A DNA stretch of 64,000 bases, taken from the NCBI GenBank assembly GCA_001600815.1, contig BCKZ01000003.1, forward strand, positions 124,001 to 188,000, given 5' to 3'. This document shows, piece after piece, positions 1-11,328 of this stretch. A program made the translations under genes and the position numbers. The notes beneath the pieces are model-generated. The model searched no databases. It was given only the letters and a program-made list of their open reading frames with translations, and was not told the origin of the DNA. Numbering within the stretch: position 1 is the stretch's first letter; every line of letters begins with the position of its first letter. The stretch comes from Alloascoidea hylecoeti. Lineage: Eukaryota.

Positions 1-75
1 TTCATATCATAGTAAATAGAAAGAAATATCGAAACAAAAAAGTAGATGAAACAAAAAAAAAAATACAGGAAGGGT

Positions 76-1965
76 TTAGTTCACAGTTTCTGGTTCAACT
101 GGTTCAGTATCTTTAGTATTCATGAATTCCTCATAGGCATCGTAAGCTTCTTCAAATCTTGAATTAAACAATCCTTCTTCTTCAAGTAGGGCAATGATCT
201 CATTGTTGTCCAAGTCAAGCATCATACCAGTAATCTTACCGGCAATTTCTTGATCTTGAACTTTACCAAGAACCTTAGGATACAAAGCTTCACCAAGAAT
301 TCTCTTCTGTTGGTCAACTGGAGCTCCATTCAAAGATTCTCTGATGTTGTTACCTGGACGAGAGGCATTCTTGGGGCCACGTCCTTGATGCTGTAGTCGG
401 CCTTGAGGTGGGAACTCACCATAAACAGGTGCTACACCATATGGAACTGGTTGGCCTTGTGGACCGGGTCTGGCCCATTGTCCTTGAGGTGGGGGTGGAA
501 TTCCACCAACTCTTGGAGGAACATTACCACCTTGGAAGAATTGTGGGTTTGGAGTGCCAAATGGGACGTTACCTCTAGTTCCAGGAGGGATAAAGCCTGG
601 TTGTTGTTGGCCGTAAAACATGGGAGGAATGAATTGTGCTGGAATTCCGCCAGCAGCAGCTTGTTGCAATCTCATTTGGTTTCTGGCTTGAATCTGTTGT
701 TCCAATTGTCCCCGTCTGACGTCTCTTCTTTGGGCTAGAGCAACGTAGAGAGGCTTACCCTGAACCATACGTTGATTCATTTCGGTGACAGCTTTTGTAG
801 CTTCTTCGGGAGATGAAAAGCAAACAAAACCGAAGCCTTTAGATTTTCCACTGTCATCAGTCATAACTTTAGCTGATGTAATAGTACCAAAAGCTCCAAA
901 TTCCTCATGAAGTTTTTCATCATCAATAGAGTCATCGAGATTCTTAACGAAAAGGTTAACACCTTGATATTTGTTCAATTTCTCTTGTCTAGCAGCATCA
1001 TGTTGCTTTTTGAGTTCTTCGACTCTCTCGTATTTCTTCTGAGCACGTCCAACATATAATTTCTTACCCTTGAAGTCAGATTCGTTTAAAGCTTCGACGG
1101 CCTTAATGGCTGATTCATGGTCTTCATAGTTAATGAAACCAAATCCACGGGATTTTCCTTCGCTATCACGACCAAGAGCAACTGAAGTAGTTTTACCATA
1201 TCTATTGAATAATTCAGAAATCTCTTCCTCAGAAGCCTCAGTATCAACATTTTTAACGTAAACATTGGTATAGTTGGCCTTCATTTCTTCAAATTTGGAC
1301 TGTCTATCTTTTCTTGGGATATGTGGACCAACAAAAACCTCTCTATTGTTCAAAAGCATACCATTGACATTATTGACAGCGGCGTCAGCAGCCTCAGCAG
1401 TTTCGTAGTGGACAAAACCGAACCCTTTAGAAATACCAAATTGATCAGTGGCAACTTTACAGGAAAGAATTCTGCCGAAAGCGGAAAAGGTGTCATGAAG
1501 AGCCTTGTTGTCAATAGCAGGATCCAAATTTTTGATAAAGATATTACCTGTACCATTCTTTCTTTTTGAAGGATCTCTCTGAGACCACATAATACGGCAT
1601 GGAACACCCTTAATTGGGGTATAGTTAAGTTCATCAATAGCACGTTCACCGTCAGAGACTGTTTGGAAATTGACATAAGCATAACCTAAAGATCTCTTGG
1701 TGACGGCGTCACGACAAACACGAATAGAAGAAACTTGACCAATTTGGGAAAAGAATTCGAAAAGAGTGGCTTCATTTACTTCTGGAAGAAGTTCACCAAC
1801 ATATAATGAGGCAGAGACTTCAGTAGATTCGGATGGTGTCTCGGCATTTTCATCGGCGGCAGCTTCAGATGGGGTTTCTGGAGTAGGTTCCTCAGCTTTG
1901 GTGTCTTTGATGGAAAGTTTTTCAAAGGCCTGTTCGGCGGCAGCAGTAGCAGCGTCAGTAGACAT
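76..1965 (-). CDS. PAB1: Polyadenylate-binding protein (4 RRM + C-terminal MLLE/PABC), 629 aa
   Basis: Intact ORF with four RNP1 motifs ([32 protein letters not shown]), a Q/P/G-rich linker and the MLLE signature KITGMMLD. Confidence 0.98.
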   Translation of the reverse strand: MSTDAATAAAEQAFEKLSIKDTKAEEPTPETPSEAAADENAETPSESTEVSASLYVGELLPEVNEATLFEFFSQIGQVSSIRVCRDAVTKRSLGYAYVNFQTVSDGERAIDELNYTPIKGVPCRIMWSQRDPSKRKNGTGNIFIKNLDPAIDNKALHDTFSAFGRILSCKVATDQFGISKGFGFVHYETAEAADAAVNNVNGMLLNNREVFVGPHIPRKDRQSKFEEMKANYTNVYVKNVDTEASEEEISELFNRYGKTTSVALGRDSEGKSRGFGFINYEDHESAIKAVEALNESDFKGKKLYVGRAQKKYERVEELKKQHDAARQEKLNKYQGVNLFVKNLDDSIDDEKLHEEFGAFGTITSAKVMTDDSGKSKGFGFVCFSSPEEATKAVTEMNQRMVQGKPLYVALAQRRDVRRGQLEQQIQARNQMRLQQAAAGGIPAQFIPPMFYGQQQPGFIPPGTRGNVPFGTPNPQFFQGGNVPPRVGGIPPPPQGQWARPGPQGQPVPYGVAPVYGEFPPQGRLQHQGRGPKNASRPGNNIRESLNGAPVDQQKRILGEALYPKVLGKVQDQEIAGKITGMMLDLDNNEIIALLEEEGLFNSRFEEAYDAYEEFMNTKDTEPVEPETVN

Positions 1966-2666
1966 TTCTTAAAAAAATATAATTTAAATTAAAAGAATTG
2001 AAAATTAACAATTAAAAATGGCAGGACCAGGAAAGTTAATTGCACTTTGTATTTGTTGAAGTATCAATGGAAGACTTTCAACGGTGGATCTGTAAATGAA
2101 AAAATAATCAGACGTGATGATTTTCTTCAAAAGACAGTAATTTTTTTTATTTTTTATGGAATATAACAAAGGCACAGCAACCGGTAAGTATCTTCAAAAG
2201 ATGTAAACACTGATGAGTTGTTAATTGTTAGATGGACGTGAAGAAGAAAAGAAGAAGAAACTTTTTTTTTTTTCTAGCAAATTTTTTTATGTTTTGGTAC
2301 GCCGCATCTGCTTATGCACTTATGCCATTTTTTCATATACGAGTTTAAGTTTAAACGAAAAAATATTCCAAAAAGTTTTAATATACAACCCAGAAAAAGC
2401 AGGAACAGGAAGAACGAAACAGCAACAATTAAACCTCCTTTTACCCTTTTAATCATGTTATTCAATTGATATACAATCCATGTAACTAGTAGCTTATTAC
2501 TAACTTTAAGATAGAATTCAAATTATGGCCGCTGTAAAAATGCTACAAAATCATTTTCCAACAAATATATTATATTAGGTAAGTAATATCAATCATATTA
2601 TCTACGCAGTCATAGCAATTTACATTTAGGCTATATTTTCTCATTAACTCCTACAAATTCAAAATG

Positions 2667-5600
2667 TCAAATCGTGGTTTGTGCCTGTTTTATTTTACGG
2701 TACATCCCACGAATTTTTGCTGAAGGTGCCTTTTTCGGCCAAAAATATGCTGCGAATGACCACAGGTGTTTTTCCAATTTAGTCCTTGTCTCATCCCGTA
2801 GTTCTTCTTTTAGTGTGTTATCAATGTGATCACCAACAGTAATAAGCTCTCTTTTTAGTATCTTGAGCCATTCCTTTTTATCCAAACCATCTTCTCCTTT
2901 CTTTAGCCTCTTTAGACTGTGTCGAATTGGTTTCAGTGCGTTTTTACAATAAGTCTCATCCATACTGCTGTAGTCACTGTAGTCATCTTCTTCAACTGGA
3001 TGCTTTAAAGCTTCTTTGATCTTAGATTGCAACTCTGTCCCATTTTGTGATCTAGGGCTATGGCTGTGTTTCTCTCTGTACTTCTCAGGTCTATGTATAT
3101 CCGACTTCTGTCTATCCAATTTCGTAATTTTCCCTGGCTTATGTCCATTACTTGCCATAGGAGAATTGAATCTAGGAGGGGATGTTGATTTAGATGATAT
3201 TTTGGTCCTCCTGACTCGTTTAGGATTACTAACACCGTTCGGAGTTCCATTTTCTTCGTCTCTTAAAACCGATATTAAGAAGTCAACTCTTCGTCCAAGA
3301 TGTACTGCACCCGGCATTTTAGGCTTCTCGTTCTTTTCCCTTTCACCTTTCTTCTCTACACGGTGTTCTTCTAAAAAGAATTTATCTCCGAGGTCAAGAA
3401 GAGGGTCGTCCCTAATAGGTACCCAGGCTCCATAACCGTACTTCCTGACGCCAACAAGTAAATGAGCATCATCCATCGCATCCCATTCACAAGACCAACC
3501 ATGAACAGACTTAAAAGGGACATGAAATTGGAAGCTTCTGTATTTGTCAGGAGTAATTTTGCGTTTTAATAACCTCAGATCATTTGGTCGTTGTAATACT
3601 AGCTCGGCGTTTAAACTTTTAACACCTTGATATTCAAACAAAATTGCCTTGCGTTCTTTTCTCTTCGCTGTTATCTTTGCAGAGCTTTCTATATTTTCTA
3701 AAGGTTCATTGGGATTCTTTGCTTGTTCCGTCCGAATTAACTCTTTTAATGCAGCTTCTCTTCGAGCAGCCTCTTTCACCGTTAACTCTTTACTAATTTT
3801 AACCATTTCTTGGTAACAAGCCTTCACAAGTTCAGGTGCCCTATTTGATAAGGTACCATCACTAAATAATTCATCCCACACCTGTGAGACATCTCCATAT
3901 CTCAATATTGCACGATACAGACTTCTGATTTCTCTTTCTGTCAATTTTGTAGGATCTAATACAGGTTCTGACTGTTTTCTTCGTCTACTACGTGATTTTC
4001 TTCCAGAATCAGAATCAGCGTCATTATCATCTTCAATGTCATCATCGTCAATTAGATTATTAGGATCGGTTCTCATTGCTGCTTTACGGCGACCATACAT
4101 ATCGATTTGTTCCTGAAGAAATTTCTCTTCTTCTCTTCTCTTCTCATCTTCTTTAATTTTGGCAAGTTCCTCTGGAGGAATGATATCATCCCAATCAACA
4201 TCAGCTTTATAGTCAGTGACTTCAAATTGTTTTAAAAATTCTTCACCACCAAGGTTCGATTCTCCAAGATCTGGTGTTGTGACATGGTCTTCAGCATGAT
4301 CTAAAATCTCATCTAAATTCATATTCTCTAACTTCTTTTGATTACCGGCTTTTTGAAACATATTAGCAGCACCAAATTTTAAAATTTGGGAAAGTTCACT
4401 TGAACTTGGATCAGTCTTTTTAGATGATCCTTTATCAGTAATTCCTAAGGAAATAATCGCGTATTCAAGAATCATTTTCTTTCTGGCCCGTTCTAAAACT
4501 TCTTCTTCAATTGTATCCTTTGAAACAAACCTGTAAACCATAACATGAGATTTTTGGCCAATACGATGTGCTCTAGCCATTGCTTGCATATCAGCTTGTG
4601 GATTCCAATCAGAGTCAAATATAATTACAGTATCGGCAGTCATCAAATTAATACCCAAACCACCTGCTCTAGTACTCAATAAAAACACAAAGTCAGGACT
4701 CTCTGGGGCGTTATAATGATCAATGGCAATTCTTCTTGTCGCAGAAGGGACGGTACCATCTAGACGTTGAAATGGGTAACCTTTAATTGCTAAATAATCA
4801 CCCAGTATATCTAGCATTCTAACCATTTGACTAAAAATCAGAACACGATGACCATCTTTTCTCAATTTTGTTAGCAGCTTATCAAGCAAGACCATTTTAC
4901 CACTATTCATGATCATGCCTTTGAAAATATTTTCTCGACTTGTATCATTACTAGTAGCTTCAAGAAATTGTTGTTCGGCATTTGGAAACAAATAAGGATG
5001 ATTACTAGCCTTCTTTAATTCTACCATGATATTTAACAAACTGATCTGTGAAGAACCGCCAGCATTTAAAGCACCATAATTTCTTGAAATGATATTTTTA
5101 TAGTACTCGGTTTGCATATCAGAAAGTTCAACACGTAGAATTCTTTCGGTTTTAGATGGTAATGACTTTTCTACATCTTTCTTTAGCCTCCTAAGAATAA
5201 ATGGTTGTAATCTCGTATGTAAATCACGAATGTATTCTTCTTGTTGTTCATCAGGTGTTTCAAAATTAATTTCTCTATCAATTGTGAATTTACCTGGCAT
5301 TAAAAAGTTAATTAAAGCATCCAACTCCTTAATGTTATTTTGCAGTGGAGTACCAGTTATTAATAGACGATTTGTTATTCTAAACTCTTGTAAAGCTTCA
5401 TATAACGAAGATTCAGCATTTTTTAAACGATGTGCTTCATCTACAGCAAGATATTGCCATTTTATTTGACCTAACTCACTTCTATCTTTTAAAATATATT
5501 CATAAGTTGTAATGAGAATATTAAATTTTGCTTTCTTATTTTTCTCTGTAACATAAAATTCATGCTGTCGGATCATTTGCCTTGACTTTGCATTACCAAG

Positions 5601-7475
5601 ATACATTATATAATTTAAATCAGGAGCCCATAAATCAAAAGTTTCTTGCCATGCAGGAACAGTTGAAAGTGGGACAACAACTAGGAAAGGTCCATGTTGT
5701 TTTCTAGCATATATTAGCCATGATAAGAAAGCAACAGTTTGAACCGTTTTACCCAATCCCATTTCATCAGCTAATATACCATTTTCATTTCTAGACCATA
5801 AGAAGGCCATCCAATTAACTCCTGTTAACTGGAAATCTCTTAGTTCACCACCTTTAACATATGAAGGTTGTACGCTAAGTTTTTCAAATTTTGGACGATG
5901 AGACACATAATTGGAACTAAGCGTAGGTGCTATTTTAGAGTTAATTCGCTTTTGAAATTGTTCAATTTGTTCAGGAGCAATTTGTGCAATTTCATTGGCA
6001 TCTTCCCAAGTGCATTCATCATAATACAATCTTTTCCATTTAATAAGATACTGTAATGTAGTCTTTGAAGTAATAGTAGCAGGTAATCTCTTGGATGTTA
6101 CAATTCTTTCAACAGATTTATATTCCTCGAATTTTTCTCGTCTCCTCTCGGCATCAAGGTCCATTGCTTCAATATCCTCTCTTGTAGTCATTGGGTCATT
6201 TCTTATTTCATGATCCAGTAAGACAAATTGCTTGATGTAGTTATCAAGCCGTTTTGCACCTCGTATACCCGATGCATCTGCATAGGTCCACCAAGTGTTG
6301 TGGAGATGAGATTGCCCTTGCCATTTTATCTATAACATCTTGTTAGTTCAAACCCAACCAAATTCACTAAAATATACATACCAAAAAGAGATAATCTAAT
6401 TTAGCATCACCAACAGGTTCGAGGTCATCTCTTGGTCGATGATCCAGAACGGCATCAATACCAGCTAAAATCGGTTAGAAAAATATGTTGCCAACAACAA
6501 GAAGAAAAATAACTTACGAGTATTAGCAATATTTTCATCAGTAACAGACTTAACTTTCTTATCTTCATAGTAGAAATCTTCTTCACCGCTTTCCAATAAA
6601 TCAAAATCATCATTCTGATCAATGTTATAATTAACAGTTTTTTGGTTCCGAGTTGAGAATCTCACATATGGAGCATCGAGGTCCTCATCGTCGTCATCAT
6701 GTTTCTTCTTCTTCTTTGAAACTTTCCTTCTTTTATGACTTGATTCTCTTGATCTAATTTTTTTAGAAGGAGCATATACTTCTTCATCTTCGTTGATATC
6801 ATCACCATTTCTAATATCATTATCACCATCACCATCATCATATTCGACGATGTTTACCGATGCGTTGTAATTATAATCTTCGGAGTCTTCTCTTATTTTA
6901 GATGAACTGCTTTTCCGTTTTCTAGAGCTTCTTTTCTTCTGTCTATGATATCCACCTCCAGTGGAATCATCTTCATCTTCGTCGGATGATATTATGTATT
7001 TACTTCGTCGATGACGGATAGGTTCTTCCTCAATGTGAAAACGCTCCGGGGCATGATGTGAACGATGACTTCTCCTCAGACCGTATAACTCCGGATTATT
7101 GTAAAGCTCATCATCAAAGTTATTGTTGAAGGCCTGCTTTGAAATGTTTAAGTTATCAAGATCATTTGGAAGGTTTGAACTATCGGGGGATGGGAATTCT
7201 CTCGTAGAAATGGGCGAAGAAGTGGACGTATGATGGTCTTCTGTATCGTCAACAGATACGCTCTATGATCTGAGTTAGAAAATATGTAAGATATATTTGC
7301 CTGGGAATTGTCTGATTTGAGACCCTAAATAAAATTCGAGGTATCAATAGCGTAAAATAATACGCGAAGCCGCACTCATCAGTTCAGAGTGCAATTTTAC
7401 AATTTCCCGGCAATATTTAAANAGTATCAATCTTAGTCTTAAAAAAGGGAAAAGGTAGATACTTACTGAAAACAT
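2667..7475 (-). CDS. CHD1: Chromodomain-helicase-DNA-binding remodeler, 4 exons (7475-7467, 7262-6518, 6464-6382, 6329-2667), ~1499 aa
   Basis: Snf2 ATPase motifs ([26 protein letters not shown]), two chromodomains ([38 protein letters not shown]) and N-terminal [11 protein letters not shown]. The three introns have GTAAGT/GTATGT donors, CTAAC branch points and TAG acceptors; joined length is 4500 nt in frame. The 9-nt first exon is the least certain part. Confidence 0.95.
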
Positions 7476-9783
7476 GATTATAAAGGTTTAGAACGATGCA
7501 GACAAAATAATATCGATCCAACAGTTATGTATCGCAACGATTAGAATACCCAATGAATGGTCGGCGCTGAAAGAGGATAAAATAGGGAGGAGTATTCAAA
7601 AATTCAAAGGTCTTAATAAAAAGACAAACAATAAATGAGTGCTCTGATATAAAATGATTTGATCAAAATTACAAGATTTTATCTTGAATATGAACAATAA
7701 ACAAAGTATGAGGATGAGAAAGGTTAAAATTTTTGAGTCGCTATTCCACCGTCACAACAATGAAAAGCAAAAAACAAACGATCAAAATACTTTTAAAGAT
7801 ATTCAAATAATGTTTTATTACAAAAATGAAATAAAAACAAAAAGGTTATCAAAAATTGGAGGCACTATCAACTTCGGAAATGAAAAAAATAAAATGTGTA
7901 GTGGTGTGTAAGAAGTCAAAAAGGATATTGAGGGCAGGCGACAACACAAGTTATTTGGACCAATGGCAAGCTGGAATACAACTACGATTCACCCCTTACA
8001 ATCTCTTTTAACATTTATAGATGTTAAATGATCTACATTAATGAAGTACAATTAAACAGGATCAGATTGATCTTACAACAAGAGTTTATTGCTTCAAAGA
8101 AACCTATGAAATATAAACCGTGAACCGAAGATCCCTTCCTCGACGTGTCACCTTTTCTATAAACTGTCTTTCCGTCTTCATATAATCAAAAAGGTATCAA
8201 ATATCATATTACAATTTAATATAAAGTAAATTTTGAGCTGATTCAATAGACTCATAGAATATAAGCCAATGAAACCCCGAGGTTCACTGAGTGGATTGAT
8301 TGAGTCTTTTAATTCAATGCTATTTCTTTGTATACCCCCAAAATATGTACCGGATCAAGTTAAAAAAGTATATGAATAGTTTAAAACAACCATAAACACA
8401 TATAAAATGTCATAGACTTATTTTAAGGTTATCCGGTGTCAACAAAAAAATTTGCCAGTAAGAAAATATCTGTTTCTATCTTAGTAGTAGGTGCTGATAA
8501 AACTTCAGAAACAAAATAAACTGACTGTTTAATGTATTCAACAATCTGGTATCAAACAATATGAACAATAAGAAGTACTCCATAGAAACATATTATGTGG
8601 CAAATTTTTAAACAAAGCATGAAAATTTCTCAATGAGGAGGTTTCTCCTATGCTGTTTGAGGTTGTATTTCGGTATTAAATCTCATATTAATCCCACTTT
8701 TCATATTTGTATAATCGAGTGAGGTTCCTAATTTCCTAATCCGGAAGTTTCTAGGACCTTGATAGAGTGTCCATACCAGCAACCCCTTTATGGATGATAG
8801 ATTGTCAAGGAGGTGATCACAAGTAGTTAATTTGTCATGCTGATTCGAACACTAACCCTGAGAAATAATTGGGACACAAAAATGGATAAATTTAAGTATT
8901 TGTTATAAGGTATCGACCGATTTTTAAACCATATAATGACAACATTTTAACAAAGTGTGCATCAAAAAATAAGGATGAAGGTTATTGGGGGATTGGCTTT
9001 TTATAAGAAAAAAACAAAGGTTGTGCATCACTCCCTCCATACGCCTGTTTTTTTCTTTTGTGGTTGTGCGCACCACTTAAATCTTGCTCTCCATGAAATA
9101 ATATGCATGCAATTGTACATAATACTATATACAGCAATATTGAAGCATACACATACATACACATGCATCTAAATAACGGTTTTATTGGAGAGTTTGTACA
9201 AACTACGTAAGCTTTAATGCACCTCTTACTAAGCTATGCACGTACAGCCTAATACAGACACCACGCACACACATACAAAGTAGTATCACTTCTACCCTAA
9301 ATCCTATAAGAAAATGCGATACGTGGACCATACGAGGGTGAAATCGTAAGATTTTGGTGTTCCTAAAAGTGTATGGTGTTCCTGCAAGTAGTGCATCTTA
9401 CTGTTTTTGGTTGTGCATAAAAGCTTATGTAGTTTGAGCCCGTTTTATTGTTGTTTGCTCATTGATGGACGATAATGCAAAACTCATTTTAAGTGAAGCA
9501 CACCATGTTAATATCACCTTATCGAGCGTCTGCATAAATTATGGTTTCTACTGTTCCATTTAATTTCGGCCATGTTGTTGAGTAATTATAAGCCGCTAAT
9601 TTTAATTAAATATTCATTCCTTTGGCAGTCACATTTGGTAACTCCACTTTAAAGTTTCAGCACTATGCATAAAGTATATATATGGTATCTTATACCTTCT
9701 TGATTTTATGATTAATGTTATTTTTTTTGCACTTGAGCTCTTTTTATTTACCATTATCGCCAGTAATCAATACTATAATAAAT

Positions 9784-10457
9784 ATGGAAAAAGCTCATTT
9801 GATTTCAAAAATTGATCAAGATAAGAAGGCCGCATTAACTTCACCAACACGTAATTACAATACTAAATCTGGAGGGAGTTTGAAAAAGTCAGTTACTGAT
9901 GTTTTCAAATCATTTTTCAATTGTAAAAGAAACCAAAACAAGCGATCGCAAAAACCTCACCTACTTTCAAAAATATATTAAATGAAACAGTAGTTTTCAA
10001 AATAGAAGCAAAAATATTGATTTAAAATGATCTAAAACAACCACAAAAATGGTCGAGTCCCATAGTTTCTGACATAGAATTTCGCCATGGTGTCACCCCA
10101 AATGGTTTTCAAAGAGAAAGTTATCTTATTATATTTCCACGTTCAGCTTCAAATTCAGTTAAAACTGATGACTATAACGGTTCATTGGCAAATCATACAA
10201 TTCAGCCAGAATATGAATTAGAAGACTCATCTTCAGACTATTTTAAATTACCTGACTCTTTAAAACTGGATAAAGGTGATGCGTATAAAAGATACATGGT
10301 TACCAGAACCCGCGACATTAACAGAACATATTACCTAGAAAATCGTGAACAAGTTTTGTCAGTAAAATTTGGTTTAATTTTTGTAACAGAAAAGAACAAG
10401 AACTTGTTTAAATTAAGTTTTATAAAGGAACAACTTTACAATGACAGTCTATGTTGA
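9784..10457 (+). pseudogene. Possible degraded orphan gene (frameshift near 9927-9981 plus in-frame TAA at 10023)
   Basis: ATG at 9784 follows a TATA-like tract near 9675. The first frame stops at 9981; a second frame is open 9927-10457 except for one TAA. No recognisable domain. Confidence 0.35.
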
Positions 10458-11328
10458 TGTACAAAATCTGAAAATTGGTATTAACTTGTTTATGAATACC
10501 CGCCAATAAAATAGTTTTTAGTTTAGCTTATTTAGAAATTAATCGCATTTTATTATACAGACCTTATATTATAGCGCCAAAAAGCCATATGATACATAAT
10601 TATGAGTTCTATTATGGGTATTTCTTCACTGCTTATTTGTTTTTCGTATCAATTTTGGTGTATGGAAATATTCCTGAAACTAAAGAATTGAACCTCAGGG
10701 GAGGTCGAAGAGCTATTTCAGTTCATTAATTGTGTGACACCATAAAAAAGCAAAGAGCAGTATAACCTTCATTGAGATAGTATAGTTGGCTATGGAAGCA
10801 GATCGGGTAGATATTATACTTTAACAATTATATATTAATACTACTTTTACGTAATACTCAATTTCTATATTCTATAATATAAAAACTATAACTAAAACTA
10901 GAAAGAAACAATTACAACATTTATATAATTTTTAAGAGAAATCAATCGCAAACTGATTATCTTGGTTAGTACTATAAGCTTATATTCTATCAAACTAATG
11001 TAATCAACAGAGTATTGCTGAAGAATTAAGGATAGTATAAGTGGAATGAATATCCTTATAATTAATAACAAAAAGGTCATAAATTTTATGTGATTAAACT
11101 ATCTAAATGTAAATTAATAACTATACAGAAATTAATGCTAAAAAGGAACGCTGGTTAATGCTTTTCTATATGCTAATGTTATATTTTATTTATATAATAT
11201 TTAAACGAATGAATGAATTATTATTATTATTTTTTTTTTGAAGAAAATGTAAAGATGCAAAAATGCTAATTTGTTCCTATTCCACGACCTACCTTAAATC
11301 TACCTATACCTTTAAAATTTCAATGCTC

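Noticed and set aside
2114..2213. Box C (GTGATGA) ... box D (CTGA) pair resembling a C/D snoRNA on the + strand
   Set aside because: It contains long internal T-runs, has no recognisable rRNA-complementary guide, and lies antisense to the PAB1 leader/promoter; probably chance.
7422..7422. Ambiguous base n
   Set aside because: Assembly ambiguity inside CHD1 intron 1 with no coding consequence.
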